From: Alphaproteobacteria bacterium
GTDB lineage: Bacteria; Pseudomonadota; Alphaproteobacteria; GCA-2731375
Assembly (NCBI GenBank): GCA_965225945.1
Contig: CBDDBZ010000034.1
Span: forward strand, 1 to 64,000
Direction: 5' to 3'
Length of the DNA: 64,000 nt
Of this stretch, positions 21,201 to 30,038 are shown in pieces (the first letter of the stretch is position 1; every line of letters starts with the position of its first letter). A model generated the notes under the pieces. The model ran no database searches and had not been told where the DNA came from. It was given only the letters and a program-made list of their open reading frames with translations. The position numbers and the translations under genes were made by a program.

Positions 21201-22341
21201 TAGTGTTCCGATCCTAACAAAAGTTTCCCAAAGGGCTTGCGTTCTGCGATTCTGGGGGAATGACGAAGACATTGGCATGCATCTGGCTGTCTCCCGCGGA
21301 GCGGGCGACGCTGGAAGGGTTGGTTTCTGGGCGGAACACGCCGCAGAAGCTGGTTTGGCGGGCACGGATAGTGTTGCTGTCGGCTGACGGGATCGGCACG
21401 ATGACGATCGTCCGGTTGGTCGGCAAAAGTAAGGTGACGGTGTGGCGCTGGCAGGAGCGCTACCTTGCCAAAGGCATCGCCGGACTGCGCCGCGATGCGA
21501 CGCGACCGGGACGCAAGCCGCCGCTGAGCGCCGAGGTGATCGAGCGGGTTGTGCATAAGACCTTGCACGAGACGCCGGAGGCGGCGACGCATTGGAGCAT
21601 CCGCAAGATGGCCCGTGCCGTCGGCCTCAGCTACACCAGCGTGCAGCGGATCTGGAAGGCGCACGGCCTCAAGCCGCACCTGGTGAAGACCTTCAAGCTG
21701 TCGAATGACGAGCACTTCGTCGAGAAGGTGCGCGATATCGTCGGTCTCTATCTCGATCCGCCGGACAAGGCGCTGGTTCTCTCGGTCGACGAGAAGAGCC
21801 AGATCCAGGCGCTCGACCGCACACAGCCCGGCTTGCCGATCAAGAAGGGCCGAGCCGGCACCATGACGCATGACTACAAGCGCCACGGCACGACGACATT
21901 GTTCGCCGCGCTCGACGTCGCCACCGGCAAGGTCATCGGCCACTGCATGAAGCGGCACCGCCATCAGGAATGGCTGAAATTCCTGCGCCGTATCGACGCC
22001 GAGACGCCCAAGAAGCTCGACCTGCATCTGATCGCCGACAACTACGCCACCCACAAGCATCCCAAGGTCAAGGCGTGGTTGGCAAAACATCCTCGCTTCC
22101 ATATGCACTTCACTCCGACATCCGCCTCCTGGCTCAGCCAGGTCGAACGCTTCTTCGGCCTGATCACCAGCGATCAAATCCGTTGCGGCGTGTTCAAGAG
22201 CGTCGCCGAACTCGAAACAGCCATTCAGGAATACCTCGAGCACCACAATGCCGATCCAAAACCCTTCGTATGGACCGCTTCCGCCACCGCCATACTCGAA
22301 AAAGTCGCTCGTGGGCGACAGGCGTTAGAGTCGGTACACTA
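21201..22341 (+). mobile_element. IS630-family element
   Basis: CTAGTGTTCCGATCCTAAC ... GTTAGAGTCGGTACACTAG TIRs with a TA target. Confidence 0.92.
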
Positions 22342-22342
22342 G
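21260..22342 (+). CDS. IS630 transposase
   Basis: SVDEKS, YKRHGT, ADNYATHK and WLSQVERFF motifs. Confidence 0.95.
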   Translation: MTKTLACIWLSPAERATLEGLVSGRNTPQKLVWRARIVLLSADGIGTMTIVRLVGKSKVTVWRWQERYLAKGIAGLRRDATRPGRKPPLSAEVIERVVHKTLHETPEAATHWSIRKMARAVGLSYTSVQRIWKAHGLKPHLVKTFKLSNDEHFVEKVRDIVGLYLDPPDKALVLSVDEKSQIQALDRTQPGLPIKKGRAGTMTHDYKRHGTTTLFAALDVATGKVIGHCMKRHRHQEWLKFLRRIDAETPKKLDLHLIADNYATHKHPKVKAWLAKHPRFHMHFTPTSASWLSQVERFFGLITSDQIRCGVFKSVAELETAIQEYLEHHNADPKPFVWTASATAILEKVARGRQALESVH

Positions 22343-22387
22343 GACCGGGCCAGGGGCGACGACATGGTGGTGAGGCGGGGCCGTGCT

Positions 22388-22990
22388 CTAGTTCCGGCTC
22401 GACTGCCGGGGCCTCAGCCAAGCGGCCATGCGCCGTTCGGTGCCGTTGCCGGCTTCGAAGGCGAGGCCGACTTCGTTGCCGCTCAGGTGCGCGACGTGGG
22501 CCGGGACCGTTCCGAACTCGCTGAGCTCGAGGAGCACGTCGGCCGCCTCGCGAAGCTTGTGAGCGGCCTCGGCGAAGACGCAGGCGCCGCCCGGCGAGAT
22601 GTCCTGGACGACGCAACGGTGGTGCTGACCATTCATCGACAGGCGGGCCGGCATCGGCTCCCAGCGTTCGTGCCGGCGCCGGCTTTCGATTGCGCTCTCC
22701 GCTTCGCTCGTGGCGCGCTCGTCGGCCGACTTGGCCAGCCAGGCATCGAGGAAGGCATCGACATGGTCCGGATCGGCGAGAGCCCAGACATCGGGCGCAG
22801 GCACGCCGAACTCCCTCAGGACGTTGACCAATTTGGCAACCAGATGCAGCGGTAAATAGGGTCGATCGTAACGGTCCTCGAATTTCTCATAGCTCGACGT
22901 CGGCATCTTCAGCCCGACCGCGACCTCCCGCGAAAACAACCCTGCCTGCTTGCGCAGTTTTTTTAGCCGTTTTCCTATTACTGTAGCCAT
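22388..22990 (-). CDS. XRE-type HTH fused to a PilZ domain
   Basis: N-terminal RLKKLRKQAGL...HTH; RRHER (RxxxR) and DISPGG (DxSxxG). Confidence 0.8.
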   Translation of the reverse strand: MATVIGKRLKKLRKQAGLFSREVAVGLKMPTSSYEKFEDRYDRPYLPLHLVAKLVNVLREFGVPAPDVWALADPDHVDAFLDAWLAKSADERATSEAESAIESRRRHERWEPMPARLSMNGQHHRCVVQDISPGGACVFAEAAHKLREAADVLLELSEFGTVPAHVAHLSGNEVGLAFEAGNGTERRMAAWLRPRQSSRN

Positions 22991-23033
22991 TTTTTTCGCC
23001 TAGTGCGTGGGAAAGATTCGGGTTCGAGAAAAC

Positions 23034-23173
23034 TATATACCCTGCTCACATCAGAATCCGAAAATCCTTCGGTGATATGACGCGGAAATTATCCGATACG
23101 TCATCGCATAAGGTGCTCCAGTTTTTGGGGACGTTTTCGTTCAAGAACCCGAGCATGGCATCGCAAAATTCAT
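23034..23173 (-). pseudogene. C-terminal remnant and end of a second IS630-like element
   Basis: FCDAMLGFLNENVPKNWSTLCDDVSDNFRVISP followed by GGGTATA; cut by IS1595. Confidence 0.55.
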
Positions 23174-24203
23174 CCTGATTACGCACTTTACTCAGCCGGA
23201 TTGATGTGGTACAAATCGTGAATATTTGGTGGTTTTTCTGGAGGTTCACAATGCCACGCAACAAGGTTCAGTTCCAGAAGGGGCTCAGCGAGCCGCGTTT
23301 CCGTGAAATGTACGGCACCGAGGAGCAGTGCCGCGAGGCCCTGTTCCGCTGGCGTTGGCCGGAGGGCTTCTCCTGCCCCCGATGCGGCGCCACGCGCCAT
23401 TGCGAGATCGCCGGCCGCAAGCTCTACCAATGCGCCGCCTGCCGTCATCAAGTCTCGCTGACCGCCGGCACGCTCTTCCACGCGACCAAGCTGGCGCTGA
23501 CCCTGTGGTTTTCGGCGATCTATCACATGACCCAATCGAAGAAGGGGATCTCCTCCATCGAACTCGGCCGCCGGCTCGGCGTCACCCAGACCACGGCCTG
23601 GAAGATCAAGCAGAAACTGATGCAATCCATGCTCGAGCGCGACGCCAAATTGCCGCTCACCGGGCGGGTGGAGATGGACGACGCCTACCTCGGCGGCCGC
23701 CGTTCCGGGGCCAAGCGCGGCCGGGGCGCGCCGGGCAAGACGCCGTTCGTCGCCGCCGTCCAGACCACGGCGGAGGGCCAGCCCGTGCGCATCAAGCTGC
23801 GCCGCGTCAAGGGCTTCCGCAAGGCCGAAATCGCCAAGATGGCCAAGCGCGACCTGAGCCCCGGGACGAGCGTCTTCAGCGACGGGCTCAACTGCTTCAC
23901 CGCGGTCACCGCGCAAGGCTGCGCCCACCATCCGATACCCACCGGCTCCGGACCAGGGGCCGTCGCCGTGCCGGCCTTCAAATGGGTCAACACCACCCTC
24001 GGCAATCTCAAGAACACCCTGCGTGGCACCTACCATGCGATCCGGCCCAAACACGTTCCGCGCTACCTGGCGGCGTTCCAATACCGATATAACCGCCGCT
24101 ACCGGCTCGCCGACATGATCGAGGCCCTCGGACGCGACGCCCTGCGCACGCCCCCCATGCCATATCGGCTCCTCAAATTGGCTGAGGTTGATGCGTAATC
24201 AGG
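23174..24203 (+). mobile_element. IS1595-family element
   Basis: TIRs CCTGATTACGCACTTTACTCAGC / GCTGAGGTTGATGCGTAATCAGG; no TSD. Confidence 0.9.
23251..24198 (+). CDS. IS1595 transposase
   Basis: CPRC...CAAC Zn ribbon; VEMDDAY, SDG and YRYNRR motifs. Confidence 0.92.
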   Translation: MPRNKVQFQKGLSEPRFREMYGTEEQCREALFRWRWPEGFSCPRCGATRHCEIAGRKLYQCAACRHQVSLTAGTLFHATKLALTLWFSAIYHMTQSKKGISSIELGRRLGVTQTTAWKIKQKLMQSMLERDAKLPLTGRVEMDDAYLGGRRSGAKRGRGAPGKTPFVAAVQTTAEGQPVRIKLRRVKGFRKAEIAKMAKRDLSPGTSVFSDGLNCFTAVTAQGCAHHPIPTGSGPGAVAVPAFKWVNTTLGNLKNTLRGTYHAIRPKHVPRYLAAFQYRYNRRYRLADMIEALGRDALRTPPMPYRLLKLAEVDA

Positions 24204-24232
24204 AAGTCTTTTGTGTGTCAACGGCGGATGTG

Positions 24233-25134
24233 TGTCAACGGCGGAACAAAAATGCGCCACTCGGGCGGCGTAAAAATCCCCCACGGACGGCCGGGGAGCT
24301 TGTCCACGTAGTCCACGGGAGGGCCCCGCGCGCGGGGCGACGTGCCCCTCATACGGGCTGACGGTGGCCCGCGCGTGGGAGGGGCCGGTGGGCCCACGTG
24401 GTCAAGCGTTGGGGCGCGGTCTGTCCGCTTTAGCTTTCTTGGTATCGCGCGCCTGCTTGAGGCGATAGCTCTCGCCGTTCATCTCGAGGGTTCGAAGGGA
24501 CCGTCGCGCCAGTGGCGCGGCGTAAGCCCGGAGAACGGACGTGGTGGGTGAGCCGGTCGAGGAGCGCGCCGGTGAGCCGCTCGGAGCCGAAGATCTCGGT
24601 CGATTCATCGAACGGCAGGTTCGAGGTCACCAGGATCGAGCCGCGCTCGTATCTTTGGGAGAAGACCTCGAAGAGGAGTTCGACGCCGGTCTTGGAGAGC
24701 GGCACGAAGCCGAGTTCGTCGACGACCAAGAGGCGGTATTTCGCCAGTTGGCCCTGGAGGCGCAGCAGACGTTTTTCATCCCGCGCCTCCATCAATTCGT
24801 GGACCAGGGCGGCGGCCGTGGTGAAGCCGACGGAGAGCCCCTTCTGGCAAGCCGCCAGAGCGAGGCCCAAGACGACATGGGTTTTGCCGGTGCCGCTGGG
24901 CCCGATGATGAGCAGATCGCGCTTCTCGGCGATCCACTTGCCGGTGACGAGTTGCTTGAAGAGCGATCTGTCGAGCCCTCTGGGCGCGCGATAGTCGACG
25001 TCTTCGATGGCGGCCTGGGAATGGCGGAGCCTGGCGTTCTTGAGCCTGGATTGCAGGCGTCGGCCGTGCCGTTCGGCGGCCTCGCGGTCGAGCAGGAGGG
25101 CGAGCCATTCGGCGAGATGATGCTCGACTGGCAG
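24233..25134 (-). pseudogene. istB: IS21 remnant: terminal repeat plus a start-less, interrupted istB
   Basis: TGTCAACGGCGGAACAAAAATGCGCCA end; [15 protein letters not shown] and LLDRLTHHV motifs; ~50-bp insertion before LEMNGESYR. Confidence 0.85.
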
Positions 25135-25204
25135 CTACGGTCCAAGCATTGACGTTGTATGTTACCTCAAATGTTACCTTTTTAACCAAGAATGATAAAA
25201 TCTA

Positions 25205-26229
25205 GGCTCAATTCGTGAATTGTATGCGTCACCTTGTTACGGCGGCGGCGAGGCAGGCTCGGTCATTGGCGCCGGGGGCGAGGCCGACGAGGTGGAACCA
25301 GCTCAGGTAGTTGTCCAGATAGCGGGTGGCGATGCCGCGGCGGGGACGCAGGAAGTCCTTCAACCGGCTGTGGCGGCTGTTCACCGTCTGCACATGCAGA
25401 TCGCCCCGAACCCGTTCCCCCATCGAGCGGTTGAGTGCTTCGTGGCTCACCCCGAGCGCGGCGGCGCACGGTGGGTAGCTCGCGCCGCCGTCGGAGACCA
25501 GCAGGGCGTCCTTCGCGACCACCGGGTCGAGGGCAGCCGTGAGCGCCGCCGCATCGACCCTGGGCAGCACCGCGCTGACCGTCGTTCCGCTCCGGTCCGC
25601 CGCCATGAGAACCGGTACCTGCTCGCGCGAGAGGCCGCGCTTCTTCGCCTTGCCGCCCCGCCGCCGTGCCTTGCGCCCCAGCCCGCGCGCGCCCTTCCGG
25701 CTCTCCAGGACGTAGGTCTCGTCCGCTTCCACGATCCCCTTGAGCACCTCCGAATCGCTCCGCGCCGCCGCCAGAAACCGGTGACGCCAGCGGAACGCCG
25801 TGCTCACCGCCACGTCGCAGCGCGCCGCCGAGGCCTTCACCGTCTCCCCCTTCGCCAGCGACGCCCCGAACGACAGCCAGCGTTCCTTGTGGTGCAAGCC
25901 CGACAGCGGCGTACCGCTCAGCGCGTTGAAGGTCCTGCCGCAGCCCTTGCACTGGTAGCGCCGCAGACCCCGCGCCATACCGCGCGAAACCGCCCCTTCG
26001 CTCGCGCAGTGCGGACAGCGCCGGGCCTCGTCCACACCAAGCTCGATCGCGGCCTTCGATGCCTCGCCCTCGCTCCGGCCCGACAGCACCGCGAGCGCCT
26101 CGCGCCGCTGCGCGCGCGTCAGCCCGCGCGCCGCCGAAAGCCACACCTGGAAACCCTTGCCGTCCATAACCCAACCTCCTGACGTTCCAGGCACTCTATC
26201 ACTAATGCATACAATTCACGAATTGAGCC
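25205..26229 (-). mobile_element. IS1595-family element with an 8-bp TSD
   Basis: TIRs GGCTCAATTCGTGAATTGTATGC; AAAATCTA at 25197-25204 and 26230-26237. Confidence 0.95.
25229..26167 (-). CDS. IS1595 transposase
   Basis: CPHC/CKGC, VEADETY, VSDG and HVQTVNSRHSRLK motifs. Confidence 0.92.
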   Translation of the reverse strand: MDGKGFQVWLSAARGLTRAQRREALAVLSGRSEGEASKAAIELGVDEARRCPHCASEGAVSRGMARGLRRYQCKGCGRTFNALSGTPLSGLHHKERWLSFGASLAKGETVKASAARCDVAVSTAFRWRHRFLAAARSDSEVLKGIVEADETYVLESRKGARGLGRKARRRGGKAKKRGLSREQVPVLMAADRSGTTVSAVLPRVDAAALTAALDPVVAKDALLVSDGGASYPPCAAALGVSHEALNRSMGERVRGDLHVQTVNSRHSRLKDFLRPRRGIATRYLDNYLSWFHLVGLAPGANDRACLAAAVTR

Positions 26230-26288
26230 AAAATCTAAGCCGCCGTCTTGATATAAAGTCTCAGTAAGCCTTTGACCCATATGGAGGA

Positions 26289-26337
26289 AATTGGTGGGCG
26301 CACACGGACTCGAACCGTGGACCCGCTGATTAAGAGT
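26289..26337 (-). repeat. att site (duplicated 3' part of tRNA-Lys)
   Basis: AATTGGTGGGCGCACACGGACTCGAACCGTGGACCCGCTGATTAAGAGT is identical to 37157-37205. Confidence 0.97.
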
Positions 26338-26491
26338 TAGACCACGCCGGGTTTCCGCCCCTTGCGGTGGTATGCGGGATTTGCCCATAAGACACTGAGT
26401 TACAAGGCATTCCTCTCCATCGTCGATTGCGCTTGCTTACGGCATCTTGCGGCCGTATTCTGGCGACACGGCGACAAATTGGAGACATGGA

Positions 26492-27690
26492 ATGCTGACC
26501 GAACGGAAAATTCGGGACGCCAAGGCCGGGCCGAAGACGGTCCTGCTCCGGGATAGCAAGGTGGTCGGCAGTGGAAGTTTTCCAGGCTGGCCGTGCGCGT
26601 CGCCAGCGGCGGCACCAAGAGTTTCGTGCTCGACTACAGGGCCGGCGGCAAGCGCAGGCTCGCGACCCTGGCGCGTTGCTCGGAAATGAGCCTTGAGCAA
26701 GCGCGGGCGATGGCGGGCCGGGAACTGGTGGCGATCCGGGCGGGCGAGGCCGACCCTGTACGCGACCGCCGCGACGCAATGGAGGCGCCGACCGTCGCAG
26801 CGGGGATCGACAAGTTCCTCGGCGAAGAAGCGCCCCGGCGGATCGCGGACGGTCTGATGGCCGAGCGGACCCTGTACACCTATCGGAAGCAATGCGCGTG
26901 GCTCCGGCCGCGCCTCGGCACTCTGAAAATCGCCGCCGTTACGCTCCGCGACATCGACCGCGCGCTGGCGAAGACGGCGCCGGTTGCCCGTAACCGATAC
27001 TTGGCGATCCTGTCGCGGCTGTTCACCTACTGGCAGCGGATCGAGTGGTGCGAGCCCGGGCATAACCCCGCCCGCCTGATCGAGAAGGCGCGCGAGGAAC
27101 CGCGCGACCGCGTGCTGGCGCCGTCCGAATTGGAGGCGCTGGCAACCGCCGCCGGAAGCTCCGATGAAGTGTTCGCCGTCGCGGCAATCCGGTTTCTCAT
27201 GCTCACCGGCTGGCGTTCGGGCGAAGCACTTGCGCTCCGATGGGATCATGTCGATTTCGAGCGCGCGGAAGTGCTGTTGCCGACCACCAAGGCGGGCCGG
27301 CAGACGCGCCCGGTCGGGGCGCCCGTCCTTGCGCTGCTGGCGGACCTGCCCCGCATGAACGGCAACCCGTTCGTCTTCGCCGGCGCCCGGGGCGTCGCGC
27401 TCGGCTATCGGAAGCTCCGCAGCGTGTTCGCCGGGGCGTGCGAGGCGGCGGGGATCGAGGATGTTCGTCTCCACGATTTGAGGCGATCCGTGGCGACGAT
27501 GGCGGCGGCGAACGGTCTACCCGTGCTGCTCTTGCGCGACCTGTTGGGGCACAAGTCGGCGACGATGGCGAACCGCTATGCCCGCCGCGCCGGCTCCGCT
27601 CTACAAGTGGCAGTCGAGGCGAGCACCGAGCGCATGGCCGCGCTGATGAAGGGCGGGACCGCGGACGTGCGGGAATTCCGCCGTGGCTGA
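26492..27690 (+). CDS. int: Tyrosine integrase with arm-binding domain; 17-bp frameshifting insertion near the 5' end (downstream ORF from 26593)
   Basis: MLTERKIRDAK...; GGTKSFVLDYR; TGWRSGE, TKAG, HDLRR, LLGH and RY motifs. Confidence 0.9.
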
Positions 27691-27940
27691 CATCCGAATC
27701 AAGATCGAGCCATACGAGCGGCGGCGGGACCGAAAATTGGAGTGGCATCTTGCCGTCGCGCTGTTGCGGCATTTCTCGCCCGGCATGTCGGAGCGCGCTG
27801 CGTGCAAGATCGTCTTCGACATGGTTGAGGCCGAGCATAGCTTGGAGAGCGACATCGCCGTTCGCCAAGCGGTTCGCCGAATCGGCCCGACCAAGCCGCT
27901 CCGTTTTGTATCCAGACGGGGGCCGCAACCGTCCGTATAG
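27683..27940 (+). CDS. Hypothetical protein
   Basis: Overlaps the int stop codon; 85 aa. Confidence 0.55.
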   Translation: MADIRIKIEPYERRRDRKLEWHLAVALLRHFSPGMSERAACKIVFDMVEAEHSLESDIAVRQAVRRIGPTKPLRFVSRRGPQPSV

Positions 27941-27968
27941 TCTCGCCATCCGACGAAAGGATGGCAAA

Positions 27969-28163
27969 ATGTTCGATCCTGATAAGCTCTATCTCACCAC
28001 CGACCGCGCGCTTCGGGCCATCGCGCCCGCCTCGACGATGGCGCATTGGCGATGCGAGGGACGCGGCCCGGCTTACGTCAAGATCGGCCCGAAAGTGGCC
28101 TACAAGGGCGCAGACGTGCTCGACTGGCTCGAGGCGCAGACCGTCCGCCCCACCGCCGCTTGA
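27969..28163 (+). CDS. AlpA/excisionase-like HTH protein
   Basis: ASTMAHWRCEGRGPAYVKIGPKVAYKGADVLDWL; RBS AAAGGA. Confidence 0.85.
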   Translation: MFDPDKLYLTTDRALRAIAPASTMAHWRCEGRGPAYVKIGPKVAYKGADVLDWLEAQTVRPTAA

Positions 28164-28171
28164 CCGAATGA

Positions 28172-28207
28172 AAGAACCCGCCGGGGATGACTCCCAGCGG
28201 GCTCTTG
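28172..28207 (+). promoter_or_regulatory. Hairpin between alpA and rep
   Basis: AAGAACCCGCCGGG-gatgact-CCCAGCGGGCTCTT. Confidence 0.45.
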
Positions 28208-29335
28208 AATGCCCGGCGACGAAGTGGCGACAACGTGACGGACCCTGACAAGGTATACGAACGGCCGGAATCCGGCAAGCCGGTCCCGCGATCCCGCACG
28301 GATAGCCCGGCGTTCAACAAACTGGCCGCCGACTCGTGGGCCGTGCAGCTCCCCAGATCACTCGTCACGAACAATCCCTTTGGCGCCGTGCTCGTCTATG
28401 CGGCGACCTGTGCATGGCGGGATCGTGGGCCGGGATTCGGATACACCAATGACGAAGGGGACTTCATCCGCAACTGGGCGGCGATCCCCCCGGGTGGATG
28501 GCCGGCGTTACTCGCCGTCTCGGCGCAAACTTGGCGCCGGTGGCTGGACGCGGCAGAATCAGCGGACCTGATCAAGATATTTAATCGTGGCCGCAGGGAC
28601 CAGTTGCTTCGTCCCTTGACAAGGCTCAAAGACGGCGAGCAATTCGCGCGCGTCGAGGTCGCCATTCTGTTTCATCGGGAACTGAGCCAACGGGCTCGCC
28701 GCACCTTCGTGGCGCTGTCGCTGTTTCGCCAGAAGAGCGGATTTGTGTCGGCGTCAATCAGGAAAATTGGGGACGATGCCGGGCTCGAAAGACGCGATGT
28801 GCAGCGCGCCTTGCGCGACCTGGAAGCTTTTGGCGCGCTGCGATCCGACGGCACGACTGCCCGGGGAATTCACCGTTACCTGATGATTTCACCCGCCCCA
28901 CCTGATGATTTCACCCGCCCCCACGTGGTGATTTCACCCGCCCCACCTGATGATTTAGCCCGCCCCAAGGTGGTGATTTTACCCGCCCTATCAGGTACTA
29001 CTTCAGGAACTTCTTCAAGAATCAAGAATCAAGAACTTATTTCAGGTGTGCTCGCGCAAGCGCTCGCGAGGAATCCTGACCCCAAATTGCCTGATGATGA
29101 CCCCTTAACGGTTCTTTCGGTAGCAACGCCACTGATTCGAGTGGCTGCTGAGAGAAAAAAGGCGGAGGCGGCAAAGGCGTCAGAAGAATTGCTCGGCAAA
29201 AAGGACGATCAAGGCGGCGGCGACGTTGACGCAATGATGGGCACGCTTGAAGCTGCCCACGACCCCTTGAGCCGAGCCCTTGCGAAATTAGGTCGCACCA
29301 TTTCAGATAGCCCAGCGAGGTCTAAAGTTGCCTAA
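28187..29335 (+). CDS. Putative replication initiator (winged-HTH) with an internal origin
   Basis: ASIRKIGDDAGLERRDVQRALRDLEAFG wHTH followed by DNA-level repeats; start uncertain. Confidence 0.65.
   Translation: MTPSGLLNARRRSGDNVTDPDKVYERPESGKPVPRSRTDSPAFNKLAADSWAVQLPRSLVTNNPFGAVLVYAATCAWRDRGPGFGYTNDEGDFIRNWAAIPPGGWPALLAVSAQTWRRWLDAAESADLIKIFNRGRRDQLLRPLTRLKDGEQFARVEVAILFHRELSQRARRTFVALSLFRQKSGFVSASIRKIGDDAGLERRDVQRALRDLEAFGALRSDGTTARGIHRYLMISPAPPDDFTRPHVVISPAPPDDLARPKVVILPALSGTTSGTSSRIKNQELISGVLAQALARNPDPKLPDDDPLTVLSVATPLIRVAAERKKAEAAKASEELLGKKDDQGGGDVDAMMGTLEAAHDPLSRALAKLGRTISDSPARSKVA
28878..29047 (+). repeat. Five 22/23-bp iteron-like repeats plus an AT-richer tract
   Basis: ACCTGATGATTTCACCCGCCCC variants at 28878, 28900, 28923, 28945 and 28968; then TTCAGG/TCAAGAA repeats. 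Confidence 0.85.
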
Positions 29336-29717
29336 GAATATCGTCGGAATGCCTGACGTTGCTGTGACGCTTTGGAAAGGAAACAGGATGACAATCCTAG
29401 CCAATCTAGCCAAACACGTTACTTGGCGGTTTGCGCGCCGCGCACCGACCGCGATGGACGCTGGAGCACCTGCTGCGCCGTTGAATGACGGCGTGGGCTG
29501 CACCCGCTGCAAGAAGCCTGTCGAGGATGAGCGGTACCGGCATTGCGCGCGCTGTCGGGCATCGGCCAACCGTGCCGCCAAGAAACGTGCCAGGAAGCGC
29601 GTCATGAGCGGCAAATGTCCGAAATGCGGTAAGCCGAGGGACGGCGACACCGTCGTTTGCCGAAGCTGTCTGGCGCACCAGCGAGCGAAGTACCATGGGC
29701 TAGCCAAGACAAGCTAA
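29328..29717 (+). CDS. Cys-rich Zn-finger protein
   Basis: Four CxxC motifs (CTRC, CARC, CPKC, CRSC); start uncertain. Confidence 0.7.
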   Translation: MPKNIVGMPDVAVTLWKGNRMTILANLAKHVTWRFARRAPTAMDAGAPAAPLNDGVGCTRCKKPVEDERYRHCARCRASANRAAKKRARKRVMSGKCPKCGKPRDGDTVVCRSCLAHQRAKYHGLAKTS

Positions 29718-29780
29718 TATGGCACCGGCGAATATGCCCTACGGGGCGTCTATCGGGCGGCAAGACGCGAGGTTTTTGAA

Positions 29781-30038
29781 ATGGAGAATGAGATGGATGA
29801 AGACGAAACGATGGTAGTCGAGGTTGCCCGCGCGGTCATGAGCCGCAACGCCGAGGGCAATTGGGACTTCGAGGCGCAGGCGCAGGACTGGCTTTCGCTG
29901 TTCGGCGAGGAGGAGATCGCGCCGATTCTCCATGCGGCGGCGGCGGCCGTGAAGATGCTGGCCGACTCCTTCGGCCCGGACGAGGCGGAGGCCGGCCGCG
30001 TGCTGTCCTTGGTGCCGAAACCCGATGACCCCGCTTGA
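29781..30038 (+). CDS. Small acidic hypothetical protein overlapping terL
   Basis: RBS GAGG; 85 aa; overlaps the terL start. Confidence 0.6.
   Translation: MENEMDEDETMVVEVARAVMSRNAEGNWDFEAQAQDWLSLFGEEEIAPILHAAAAAVKMLADSFGPDEAEAGRVLSLVPKPDDPA

Noticed and set aside
26292-26337. Second tRNA gene
   Set aside because: Only the 3' part is present; it is the att duplication
28878-28990. Possible CRISPR array
   Set aside because: Repeats are contiguous with no unique spacers, lie within an ORF, and no cas genes are present
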